A stretch of DNA of 59,899 bases from Patescibacteria group bacterium (lineage in GTDB: Bacteria; Patescibacteriota; Patescibacteriia; Magasanikbacterales; UBA922): contig JBAZZL010000004.1 in NCBI GenBank assembly GCA_041658785.1, positions 1-59,899 of the forward strand. The letters are read 5' to 3'. Within the stretch, counting starts at the first letter, position 1; each line of letters opens with the position of its first letter. Positions 24,788 to 32,610 of the stretch are shown in pieces. Under the pieces are notes generated by a model that worked only from the letters and a program-made list of their open reading frames with translations, was not told the DNA's origin and searched no databases. The translations under genes and the position numbers were made by a program.

Positions 24788-26863
24788 TCAAAGCTCTTCA
24801 ATCCCCTTCAAAAAACTTCTTCTTGGCTTGTCGCCATCCAACGGTTCATACCTAACTCCTTCGTCATTATTATCCAAATCAAACACATTACTCTCTCCGC
24901 CAAACCCGCTCTCGCTCACCAAATCTCTGTTAATTTCTTCTAAAAACATGCTCGGCCCCTGCGAGAAACTGGAATAACCGCCGGACAAGGGATAGGTGAG
25001 ATAGAGATATTTTTTCGCCCGCGTCAGGGCCACGTAAAACAACCTCCGCTCTTCTTCTATTCCGTCTAATTCTTTTATCGCCCGCTCGTTGGGAAACTGA
25101 CCGGCGGATAAATTTAAAATAAAAACCGCTTCCCATTCCAGCCCTTTGGCCTGATGAACCGTGGAGAGAATTATTTTTTCATTGTCCGACAGAGGCGAGG
25201 CGTGCCTCGCCTCTACGGACTCGCGGCCATAATTCTCCTGCATCGTGGCTTCGGCGAGAAACGCGGACAGATCCGACTGGCGCTCGGCAAAAAATGCTAA
25301 CTGTTCCAAATCCTGCAACCGCTCGCGATAATCCTGATATTCGTATTCCAGATATTCGGCGTATTTTGATTCCAACACCGCGCGAATCAATTCCGCCGGC
25401 GCGCCATTGGTTTTGAACATGGTTTCGTAAATCTGCAAAAAATCATTCCACCCGACCTGGGCGCGGGGCGGCAAATCAATCGCCACCCCCTCTCCTTTTA
25501 GGAGAGGGGTCAGGGGGTGAGGTGTCGGACTACCACCAACCGAACGAACCGCGTCTATAATCCTCTCCGCCGTCGCCGCCCCAATCCCCTGTTGCATATT
25601 CAACACCCGCCCCCACGCGATCGCGTCGTTTTTGTTGTTAAAAATCCGCAAATACGCCAAAACATCTTTGATGTGCGCCCGTTCAAAAAATCTGATCCCG
25701 CCGCGATAGTCATACGCGATGCCCCGCTTGGTCAATTCCATTTCCAAGGCCTGCGAATGAAAAGCGGCGCGGAACAAAACTGACATTTCTTTCAGATGCA
25801 CACCTTCGTCGCGCAATTCCAAAATTCTTTCGGCAATAAACTCGGCCTCTTCATTTTGATCCGCGAACGAACGCACTTCCGGTTTGGTAAATCTCTCTTT
25901 CATGCTTTTCAGATTTTTATCGTACTGCTTTACATTGTTGGAAATAACATCATTGGCCAAATTTAAAATATCCGGCGTTGATCGGTAATTTGTTTCTAAT
26001 CGAAAAATTTTAGCTCCCGGATATTCTTTTTCAAACGCTAAAATATTCTGAATATCGGCCGCGCGAAACGAATAAATGCTCTGGGCATCGTCGCCAACCA
26101 CCAAAATATTTTTATGTTTAGAAGCCAGCAAGCGAATAATTGACGCCTGCACCCGATTAGTATCCTGATATTCGTCAACCAGAATATATTGAAACTGATC
26201 CGCCGCTTTAGTTCGGACTTTTTCCGACTTGGCCAAAAGCAAATGCAGATTAACGAGCAGGTCGTCAAAATCCATCACATTGCCCGCGCGCTTGCGCTCG
26301 TCATAGTCCTTGGCAATCCGGCCAATGGTTTCGCCAATGTCTAACCAATTCGGATATTTCAATTCCAATACCGCCTCAATCGTCTCCTCGGCATTGCGCG
26401 CGTAACTGACAATGGACTGAATCACGCCAGCCGAAGGAAATCGCCGCTGTTTCCGGTCAATTCCTTCTTGTTTCAAACACAATTTAATCAAATCCAGACT
26501 GTCAGCGCTGTCCAAAACGGAAAAATTATTTTTGTATTGCAAAAACGGCGCGTATTTTTTTAATATCCGGTACGCGATGTGATGAAACGTGCCGGACCAG
26601 GGCAGTAGAGGCGCAAAATCTTGCGCCTCTACTGCCCTGGCCAATCGCCCCACCCGTTCAATCATCTCTCGCGCCGCTTTATTGGTGAACGTTACCAGCA
26701 AGATATTTTTTGGATCAACGCCTTTTTCAATCAAATATGCCACGCGGTAAGTGATGGCGCGCGTCTTGCCCGACCCGGCGCCGGCCAAAACTAAACACGG
26801 GCCGGCGGCGTTTTGGACGACGTTCAATTGTTCGGGGTTGAGTTCTTTGTGATAGTCAATCAT
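24788..26863 (-). CDS. UvrD/PcrA/Rep-family ATP-dependent DNA helicase
   Basis: Walker A AGAGSGKT, TFTNKAAREM, DEYQDTN, VGDDAQSIYSFR and TVHQAKGLEW motifs. 691 aa. Confidence 0.92.
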   Translation of the reverse strand: MIDYHKELNPEQLNVVQNAAGPCLVLAGAGSGKTRAITYRVAYLIEKGVDPKNILLVTFTNKAAREMIERVGRLARAVEAQDFAPLLPWSGTFHHIAYRILKKYAPFLQYKNNFSVLDSADSLDLIKLCLKQEGIDRKQRRFPSAGVIQSIVSYARNAEETIEAVLELKYPNWLDIGETIGRIAKDYDERKRAGNVMDFDDLLVNLHLLLAKSEKVRTKAADQFQYILVDEYQDTNRVQASIIRLLASKHKNILVVGDDAQSIYSFRAADIQNILAFEKEYPGAKIFRLETNYRSTPDILNLANDVISNNVKQYDKNLKSMKERFTKPEVRSFADQNEEAEFIAERILELRDEGVHLKEMSVLFRAAFHSQALEMELTKRGIAYDYRGGIRFFERAHIKDVLAYLRIFNNKNDAIAWGRVLNMQQGIGAATAERIIDAVRSVGGSPTPHPLTPLLKGEGVAIDLPPRAQVGWNDFLQIYETMFKTNGAPAELIRAVLESKYAEYLEYEYQDYRERLQDLEQLAFFAERQSDLSAFLAEATMQENYGRESVEARHASPLSDNEKIILSTVHQAKGLEWEAVFILNLSAGQFPNERAIKELDGIEEERRLFYVALTRAKKYLYLTYPLSGGYSSFSQGPSMFLEEINRDLVSESGFGGESNVFDLDNNDEGVRYEPLDGDKPRRSFLKGIEEL

Positions 26864-27059
26864 ATTCTCACAATGTCATTCCGAGCGTAATGACAGCCAC
26901 GAACAGTGTAACAAAAAAATACCTTTTGTAAAAGCATAAGCCGCACTCGTCATGAATGCGGCTTAAGAATTGCGGGGCCCTGGCCAGGGCTTGCGCGATC
27001 GTTCCATGGAAAATTTTCCCTCCCTGGGAATCCCGCCTCTTGCGGGAAAAAGAACGAAA

Positions 27060-27218
27060 TCAGTCCCACCACTCCCACCAGTACCTCTGCTTGGGCAAGC
27101 CGAAATGGTTGCAGAGCGGCCGCTCTGCCGCCGGGGATTCCTTCCGTTTCCCCGGGCTGTTCTTCTTGTCTGCTTCCGAGCTACCCTGATGCGACCTCTT
27201 GTCTTTCGCTTTTTTCAT
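27060..27218 (-). CDS. candidate 52-aa basic peptide with Trp-rich C-terminus
   Basis: gagagg-acgat-ATG Shine-Dalgarno-like context. Reads MKKAKDKRSHQGSSEADKKNSPGKRKESPAAERPLCNHFGLPKQRYWWEWWD. A hairpin taagccgca..tgcggctta lies downstream at 26938-26975. No homology support. Confidence 0.3.
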   Translation of the reverse strand: MKKAKDKRSHQGSSEADKKNSPGKRKESPAAERPLCNHFGLPKQRYWWEWWD

Positions 27219-27646
27219 ATCGTCCTCTCTGGGTGAAAACCTGGGTGAAGACCTTGATAAACAGAAAGAGCTTTCCAACCAAGGAAAACTCTTATGAAGA
27301 TCTTTCTATTGTGATGACAAACACGCTGAATGAAATCATCACTTTTTAAGTGAAAGATCTTCATAGGAATTTTCCTATGGTCAGCGCGTTTGTTCAGCGT
27401 GTTTATCCCGTTAAACGGGACTTGTTATAAAAAGAAAAACCACCGCAAATGTGGGCGGTGGCTTGATTTTTTTCTGGATTACCTTGCGTCTATCCAACAG
27501 CAAAATCAACCACCGAATGGCGGAGGATAATAAGCGCCAAGATAATTGACTTTCTAAAACGAAAATACATAATCTGTCTGTTTTTATCATTATCACCTTC
27601 CGAACAAAATATGTCAAGGGGACTGTGGATAAACAACCACCCACTA

Positions 27647-28462
27647 TTATTCCAGAACCAAAACCACTCTCCTGCCGTTCTTCACGTCCCCGCTGTTCCA
27701 ATCATGAATCGCGTTCATCAAAACATCGTACTTGTACCTGAAATCCGCGCCAAACTGCGTACCCGGATCGTTGGTAATGAATTCATCTTCATCATAACCC
27801 TTGATAATCAAAGCGTGATAAACCGGCCCGCCATTTCTAAAATGCGGATTGGGCAAAACCTTGCCATCGGCCACCGCCAAAACCGGCTGTCCGTTTGCCA
27901 GGTAATTTTTAATCTGCTCCACCGTGGGGTCAGCAATTATTTCAGATTTCAGATTTAAAATTTCGGATTTTTCCAAAATATAACTGTCAACTAGTTTTTT
28001 AACGTTTTCCATAGAAATACTTGGACCCAAACCCTGCTCTTTTTCCCAAGCAACCATTTTCAGCAATTCATCCTTTGCCGACAATGGACTTAAACCGTAA
28101 CTTTTGTAATAAGCGTCTAACATTAAAACCGCGGCCTCCTCGCACGCATCCTGCCACGGCTCTTCCCAATTTTTTTCCGGCGCTTGGGAGGTAAATGGCA
28201 CGGCTAAGTTCATTTGTGCCGGCAAGGTCTCGTCGGCAATTTCACCTAACCCTTTGACACCAACCCTTTCCCTATTTTGATTATCCTGCTTTATTTCCAA
28301 AATAGACAACTGCGGTATCTGTGTATTATAAATCTGCGGTTCATTCCTTGACCAAACGAAAACTGTCCCAGATACAAAAAAAACAAATAATCCTAAACAA
28401 ATTAAATTAAATTTTTTATAATCCATATTCTCAAATTTGAAATCAACGCTCTCTCTCTGCAT
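27647..28462 (-). CDS. membrane-anchored C39-like cysteine peptidase family protein
   Basis: N-terminal TM helix. VPFTSQAPEKNWEEPWQDACEEAAVLM and HALIIKGYDEDEFITNDPG resemble the Peptidase_C39-like (Cys...His) arrangement. Assigned from memory. Confidence 0.55.
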   Translation of the reverse strand: MQRESVDFKFENMDYKKFNLICLGLFVFFVSGTVFVWSRNEPQIYNTQIPQLSILEIKQDNQNRERVGVKGLGEIADETLPAQMNLAVPFTSQAPEKNWEEPWQDACEEAAVLMLDAYYKSYGLSPLSAKDELLKMVAWEKEQGLGPSISMENVKKLVDSYILEKSEILNLKSEIIADPTVEQIKNYLANGQPVLAVADGKVLPNPHFRNGGPVYHALIIKGYDEDEFITNDPGTQFGADFRYKYDVLMNAIHDWNSGDVKNGRRVVLVLE

Positions 28463-28530
28463 TCCATTTTACCTTGACTTGAAATTTTAAGCAAAACACG
28501 CTACACTGGCGGCAAATAACAAATAACAAA

Positions 28531-29778
28531 ATGTTTTTTGATATAACCCACAAATCATCCGACTGTCTCGCTCGTACTGGCATCATCCACACCGCGCACG
28601 GCGATATTGAGACGCCGGTTTTTATGCCGGTCGGCACGCAAGCGACAGTGAAAGCGCTGGATTCGGATGACCTCAAAAATCTTGACGCGCCAGTCATTCT
28701 CGCGAATACTTATCATTTGCACTTGCGGCCGGGCGAAAATTTAATTGCCGAACTTGGCGGACTGCATAAATTTATGAATTGGGACCGGCCGATTCTTACT
28801 GACTCCGGCGGTTTTCAAGTATTTTCACTCCAACACAAAAACATAACAACACCACAACACAACAACAATCAAAAATCTGAAATCATAAATCTGTCCCGCC
28901 GCAGCGGGACCCCGCTCGCTGCGGGGAAATCTGAAAGTGAAAGTGAACACAGCAATCTTGTAAAAATAGACAACGACGGCGTCACCTTTCACTCCCACAT
29001 CGACGGCTCCACTCACCGCTTCACCCCCGAATCCGCCATAGAAATTCAACACCAACTTGGCGCGGACATTATCATGGCCTTTGACGAATGTACGCCGGAT
29101 AATGTTTCAGAAGCAAAAGCCCGCGAGGCAATGGAACGGACGCATCAGTGGGCAGATCGTTCACTCACTTATCACCAACAAAATCTTAAATCTTCAATCT
29201 TCAATCTTCAATCACTCTTCGGCATCATCCAAGGCGCCAACTATCAAAAGCTTCGTGAAGAGTCTGCCCGCTTCATCTCCTCGCTAAACTTTGACGGCAT
29301 CGCCATCGGCGGCGAATCAGTCGGGTTTAATATGGAGGCGACTAAACAAATTCTGGACTGGGTGAACCCGATTATTCCGGAAGATAAACCCCATTACACC
29401 ATGGGCGTGGGACATTCGCCGTTGGATTTATTTGCCGTCGTGGAGCGCGGCGTGGATATGTTTGACTGCGTCTCGCCAACGAGGATGGCAAGAAACGGCG
29501 CGCTCTTTGTCCATCCAACGGTATCAAAAAAACACCGGATTGACATTACCAAATCAGAATTTAAAAAAGACGAACAGCCGATTGATCCGTCCTGCTCTTG
29601 TTCAACTTGTAAAAAATATTCCCGCGCCTATCTGAACCATCTTTTTAGCGCCAAAGAACTACTCGCTTACCGCTTGGCAACGATTCATAATGTGCATTTC
29701 TTTTTGGATTTGATGCGAGAGATTAGAAAAGCGATTAAAGAAGATAGTTTTTTGGAATTGAAGAGAAGCTGGGAATGA
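28531..29778 (+). CDS. tgt: queuine tRNA-ribosyltransferase with two repeat-derived in-frame insertions
   Basis: ARTGIIHTAHGDIETPVFMPVGT, TDSGGFQVFS, and the zinc site CSCSTCKKYSRAYLNHL. 415 aa. Confidence 0.92.
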   Translation: MFFDITHKSSDCLARTGIIHTAHGDIETPVFMPVGTQATVKALDSDDLKNLDAPVILANTYHLHLRPGENLIAELGGLHKFMNWDRPILTDSGGFQVFSLQHKNITTPQHNNNQKSEIINLSRRSGTPLAAGKSESESEHSNLVKIDNDGVTFHSHIDGSTHRFTPESAIEIQHQLGADIIMAFDECTPDNVSEAKAREAMERTHQWADRSLTYHQQNLKSSIFNLQSLFGIIQGANYQKLREESARFISSLNFDGIAIGGESVGFNMEATKQILDWVNPIIPEDKPHYTMGVGHSPLDLFAVVERGVDMFDCVSPTRMARNGALFVHPTVSKKHRIDITKSEFKKDEQPIDPSCSCSTCKKYSRAYLNHLFSAKELLAYRLATIHNVHFFLDLMREIRKAIKEDSFLELKRSWE

Positions 29779-29823
29779 TGGCTGGCGGTAGTCCGACAAG
29801 TAATCCTTCTGTTTATTAGCGCT

Positions 29824-29990
29824 GGCGGTAGCCCGACAACTCTATCTCTGTCTCTTTCCCTTATGAAGGGAAAGAGAACCCGTTAAGTAAGTTTAACTCT
29901 AATCCAATCGTAAGCCCCTTTCCCTTCGTACTTGTCCCGTCGGATACGGGAAGGGAAAGGGGTTGGGGATAGGGTTGTCGGACTACCACC
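29824..29990 (-). mobile_element. MITE-like foldback element, family 1, copy A (inverted relative to B and C)
   Basis: Termini are ggcggtagcccgacaac ... gttgtcggactaccacc. Internal hairpins are ctctttcccttatgaagggaaagag and cccctttcccttc..gaagggaaagggg. A solo terminus ggcggtagtccgacaag sits at 29784-29800. Confidence 0.8.
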
Positions 29991-30356
29991 GTCCCGGTAG
30001 ACAGAAGATAGATTATCTGGCCGCCACTCCTTATTATCCACAACCCAACCTTGTAATCTCTCCCTCTCTTTGCTAACATTCACTCCACTGGAGGTCCCAC
30101 ATGATAACAGCTTATCGGTGGGAGAGGTGGGGAGCAATCGGATGGATGTTGATTCCTCCGGATCCTTCTGATCATGAAGGGTCGCTGGTTTCAAACCGCC
30201 GACAATCCCCACCGCGGAACCGCCTCCGCTCTCATCATGATGACGTAGCCGGCCTCACTCCCGCCGCAAGGGAGAAGAGAGGCACCGGGGCCTGGACCCG
30301 GTAGGCAACACTCCGAGAGCGGAGACAGGGTAGGTGGGTGCCCTTTTTCATCCACC

Positions 30357-30450
30357 AGAGCGCGACCACACTGACCATAACATCACGTGGTCGCGCTCTC
30401 TCCTCAAATTCAATTCCACTCTTCGCGAAGAGTGGAATTTTGTTTTCTTT
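30357..30450 (+). terminator. tandem hairpins, the second followed by a T-run (plus-strand terminator)
   Basis: agagcgcgaccac..gtggtcgcgctct (30357-30399), then aattccactcttcgcgaagagtggaatt (30412-30439) + ttttgttttcttt. Confidence 0.7.
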
Positions 30451-30517
30451 CGCTTGAATAAAATCCAGTACTTTGCTAACATAATATTCCGTCACAACCC
30501 ACTAAAGGACAAGGGAA

Positions 30518-30736
30518 ATGAGAACGCCTCAAATTGTAGATCAGACCCTTGCGGTCGTGCAGTTCTTCCGGAACATAGCTCAAAGCCCTGAGATGGCGGC
30601 CTGGGCTAGGACATGGCTCCGGGCCAATGACCACCGCCTGCCCTGCCGGTTGGCGAGAAGCGCCGTCCGACGGCTCGACGGTCTGCTCCTCGGCAAGGAG
30701 ATTCGAGCGGCCTTCAACCCCGCCCGTTGGTGGTAG
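30518..30736 (+). CDS. possible 72-aa hypothetical protein in a GC-rich island
   Basis: The ORF lies between two terminator-like hairpins. There is no family match, and GC-rich DNA gives spurious ORFs on both strands here. Confidence 0.2.
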   Translation: MRTPQIVDQTLAVVQFFRNIAQSPEMAAWARTWLRANDHRLPCRLARSAVRRLDGLLLGKEIRAAFNPARWW

Positions 30737-30800
30737 CGATGGCCGTCGGGTAGCCACGACACCAGCAGTAACCAGGAGGGATTGAAATTCACGGACGAAA

Positions 30801-30875
30801 AACAAAACCGACTGGCCACTGCGCAAGTTTCTGTGGTAAACAGAAATTTACGTAGGAGTTCCAGTCGGTTTTGTT
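30801..30875. terminator. long hairpin downstream of ruvC
   Basis: aacaaaaccgactgg (30801-30815) pairs with ccagtcggttttgtt (30861-30875). T-rich sequence follows on both strands. Confidence 0.6.
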
Positions 30876-30919
30876 GTTTTCAAATTTCTTCCGTAGGTGG
30901 ACACTATCTGCCTCTGTCT

Positions 30920-31426
30920 TTAACGCACGCCGCGCATTCTCAAACTCGCTCCGCCGGTTAGCGCCGCGGCCAAAGCGTCGGCCGCGTCGTCTTGGAGCGA
31001 AGCGCATTTTAGATGCAAAATCACTTTCACCATTTTTTGCATCTGTCCTTTCTCGGCTCGGCCATAGCCGGTCATGGCCTGCTTGACCTGCAGAGGAGTG
31101 AATTCGTCAATCGGCATGCCCGCTTGAGACAGCGTCAGCAAAATCACGCCCCGCGCCTGCCCCACTTTCATGGCGGTCTTTACATTTTTGAAAAAAAACA
31201 AATCCTCCACCGCGGCGCGATCCGGATGATATTTTTTTATTATTTTGTTCAGCTCCCGGTGCAATTCCGCGAGCCGATCAGTAAACGGCTCCCCCGCGCC
31301 GGTTTCAATACAGCCATGGGCGACATGAATCCAGTCGCCATTCTGTTTTTCAATCACGCCCCAACCGATACGACCGAAGCCCGGGTCAATGCCAATGATA
31401 CGTACTTTCTGTGAATTTGCGCTCAT
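30920..31426 (-). CDS. ruvC: crossover junction endodeoxyribonuclease RuvC
   Basis: IIGIDPGFGRIGWGVIE, and EDLFFFKNVKTAMKVGQARGV. 168 aa. Confidence 0.9.
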   Translation of the reverse strand: MSANSQKVRIIGIDPGFGRIGWGVIEKQNGDWIHVAHGCIETGAGEPFTDRLAELHRELNKIIKKYHPDRAAVEDLFFFKNVKTAMKVGQARGVILLTLSQAGMPIDEFTPLQVKQAMTGYGRAEKGQMQKMVKVILHLKCASLQDDAADALAAALTGGASLRMRGVR

Positions 31427-31446
31427 AATTTATCGCCCACTGCATA

Positions 31447-31604
31447 AATTCACCTAATTAACCTAATTGTCTAATTCACCCATTCGGCTTCGCTCAGGGC
31501 AAGCTCTAATAAAATATCAAATGTCTAATAACAAAATCTCTCTTGGGGTTTAGTTATTAGAAATTTTTTAGGTGAATTAGGTGAATTAGAAATTAGGTGA
31601 ATTT
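31447..31604. repeat. foldback: cacctaatt-word arm, 88-nt core, inverted aattaggtg-word arm
   Basis: aattcacctaattaacctaattgtctaattcaccc (31447-31481) pairs with aggtgaattaggtgaattagaaattaggtgaattt (31570-31604). Confidence 0.9.
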
Positions 31605-31611
31605 GAAGCCA

Positions 31612-32346
31612 TCAGGCTTCATTGGTATACACCTCTTTCACATCCTCCAGCTCTTCCAACGCGCCAAACAACTCCGCCATTTTTTTGGAAATATTTTCAT
31701 CAACCTTAATCTCCTCCTTCGCCACCCACTCCGATCCGGCGCTCGCCGGTTCAATACCAAAAGAACGCCCCGCTTCCAAAACCTTCTGAAACTTTTCCAT
31801 CGAACAGCGAATTTCCATCCCGAACTCGCTATCAACAATATCATCAGCGCCGGCGTCAATCAGTGCCAATTCAAAATCGGACTTTTCACTTTGGACTTTG
31901 GACTTTTGACTTTCATCAAGACGGACTACGCCCAACTGCCCAAACTGCCACCGCACGCTCCCCGGTCCGCCAAGCGAACCGCCGTATTTGGAAAACACGT
32001 TCTTCAATTCTCCGACCGTGCGGTTGGTGTTATCAGTAATCGTTTCAATCAAAATCGCGACACCGCCCGGCCCGTATCCTTCGTAAATCACTTCCTGAAT
32101 CGCGGCTTCGTCTTTCAATTCGCCGGTGCCGCGCTTGATCGCGTGGTCAATCTTGTCTTTCGGCACATTGCCGGCCCGGGCTTTCTCAATCGCGAGCCGC
32201 AGAGAAAAATTCGTATCTACTTCTCCCCCGCCCTGCTGGGCCGCGACTGTAACCGCCCGGCAAAGTTTGGTAAACAAATCCCCCCGCATCGCGTCCCGCT
32301 TGCCTTTTTTCTGTTGAATATTGTGCCACTTGGAGTGACCGGACAT
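31612..32346 (-). CDS. yebC: YebC/PmpR-family transcriptional regulator
   Basis: MSGHSKWHNIQQKKGKRDAMRG start. 244 aa. Confidence 0.92.
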   Translation of the reverse strand: MSGHSKWHNIQQKKGKRDAMRGDLFTKLCRAVTVAAQQGGGEVDTNFSLRLAIEKARAGNVPKDKIDHAIKRGTGELKDEAAIQEVIYEGYGPGGVAILIETITDNTNRTVGELKNVFSKYGGSLGGPGSVRWQFGQLGVVRLDESQKSKVQSEKSDFELALIDAGADDIVDSEFGMEIRCSMEKFQKVLEAGRSFGIEPASAGSEWVAKEEIKVDENISKKMAELFGALEELEDVKEVYTNEA

Positions 32347-32610
32347 AAAAAATGAAGATTAAAAGATTAAAAGATTACGAATTGCCATCCAATGGCAATC
32401 TTTTAATCTTCAATTCTTATTACTCGACTGTCTCATTGTTACATTGTTACATTGTCGTGTTGGCGTGCTTTCGTGTTGTCGTGACCACAGTATACCGTCC
32501 AAGCCATTTTTTTTCAAGCAAAAAGCGCCATTCCCATGGCGCCTTTTGTCTCCTGCGGATCCTCCTGTTTTTGAGACAGTTGGATCCGCATTGTATGTCT
32601 CCTTCAGCTC

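Noticed and set aside
26956-27236. Plus-strand ORFs of 77 and 88 aa upstream of uvrD
   Set aside because: They have no start context or family resemblance. The minus-strand 52-codon ORF with a Shine-Dalgarno-like site is the only, and still weak, coding candidate here.
30115-30220. tmRNA or tRNA-like gene (ggtgggga ... ggtttcaaacc ... tccccacc)
   Set aside because: No T-arm with a 5-bp stem and 7-nt loop can be drawn. No D-arm and no tag reading frame were found. Only the 8-bp closing stem is convincing.
31597-32355. 252-aa plus-strand ORF
   Set aside because: It is exactly antisense to the well-supported yebC gene. The long antisense ORFs inside pnp, the giant surface protein, uvrD, carB and pilB were rejected on the same grounds.
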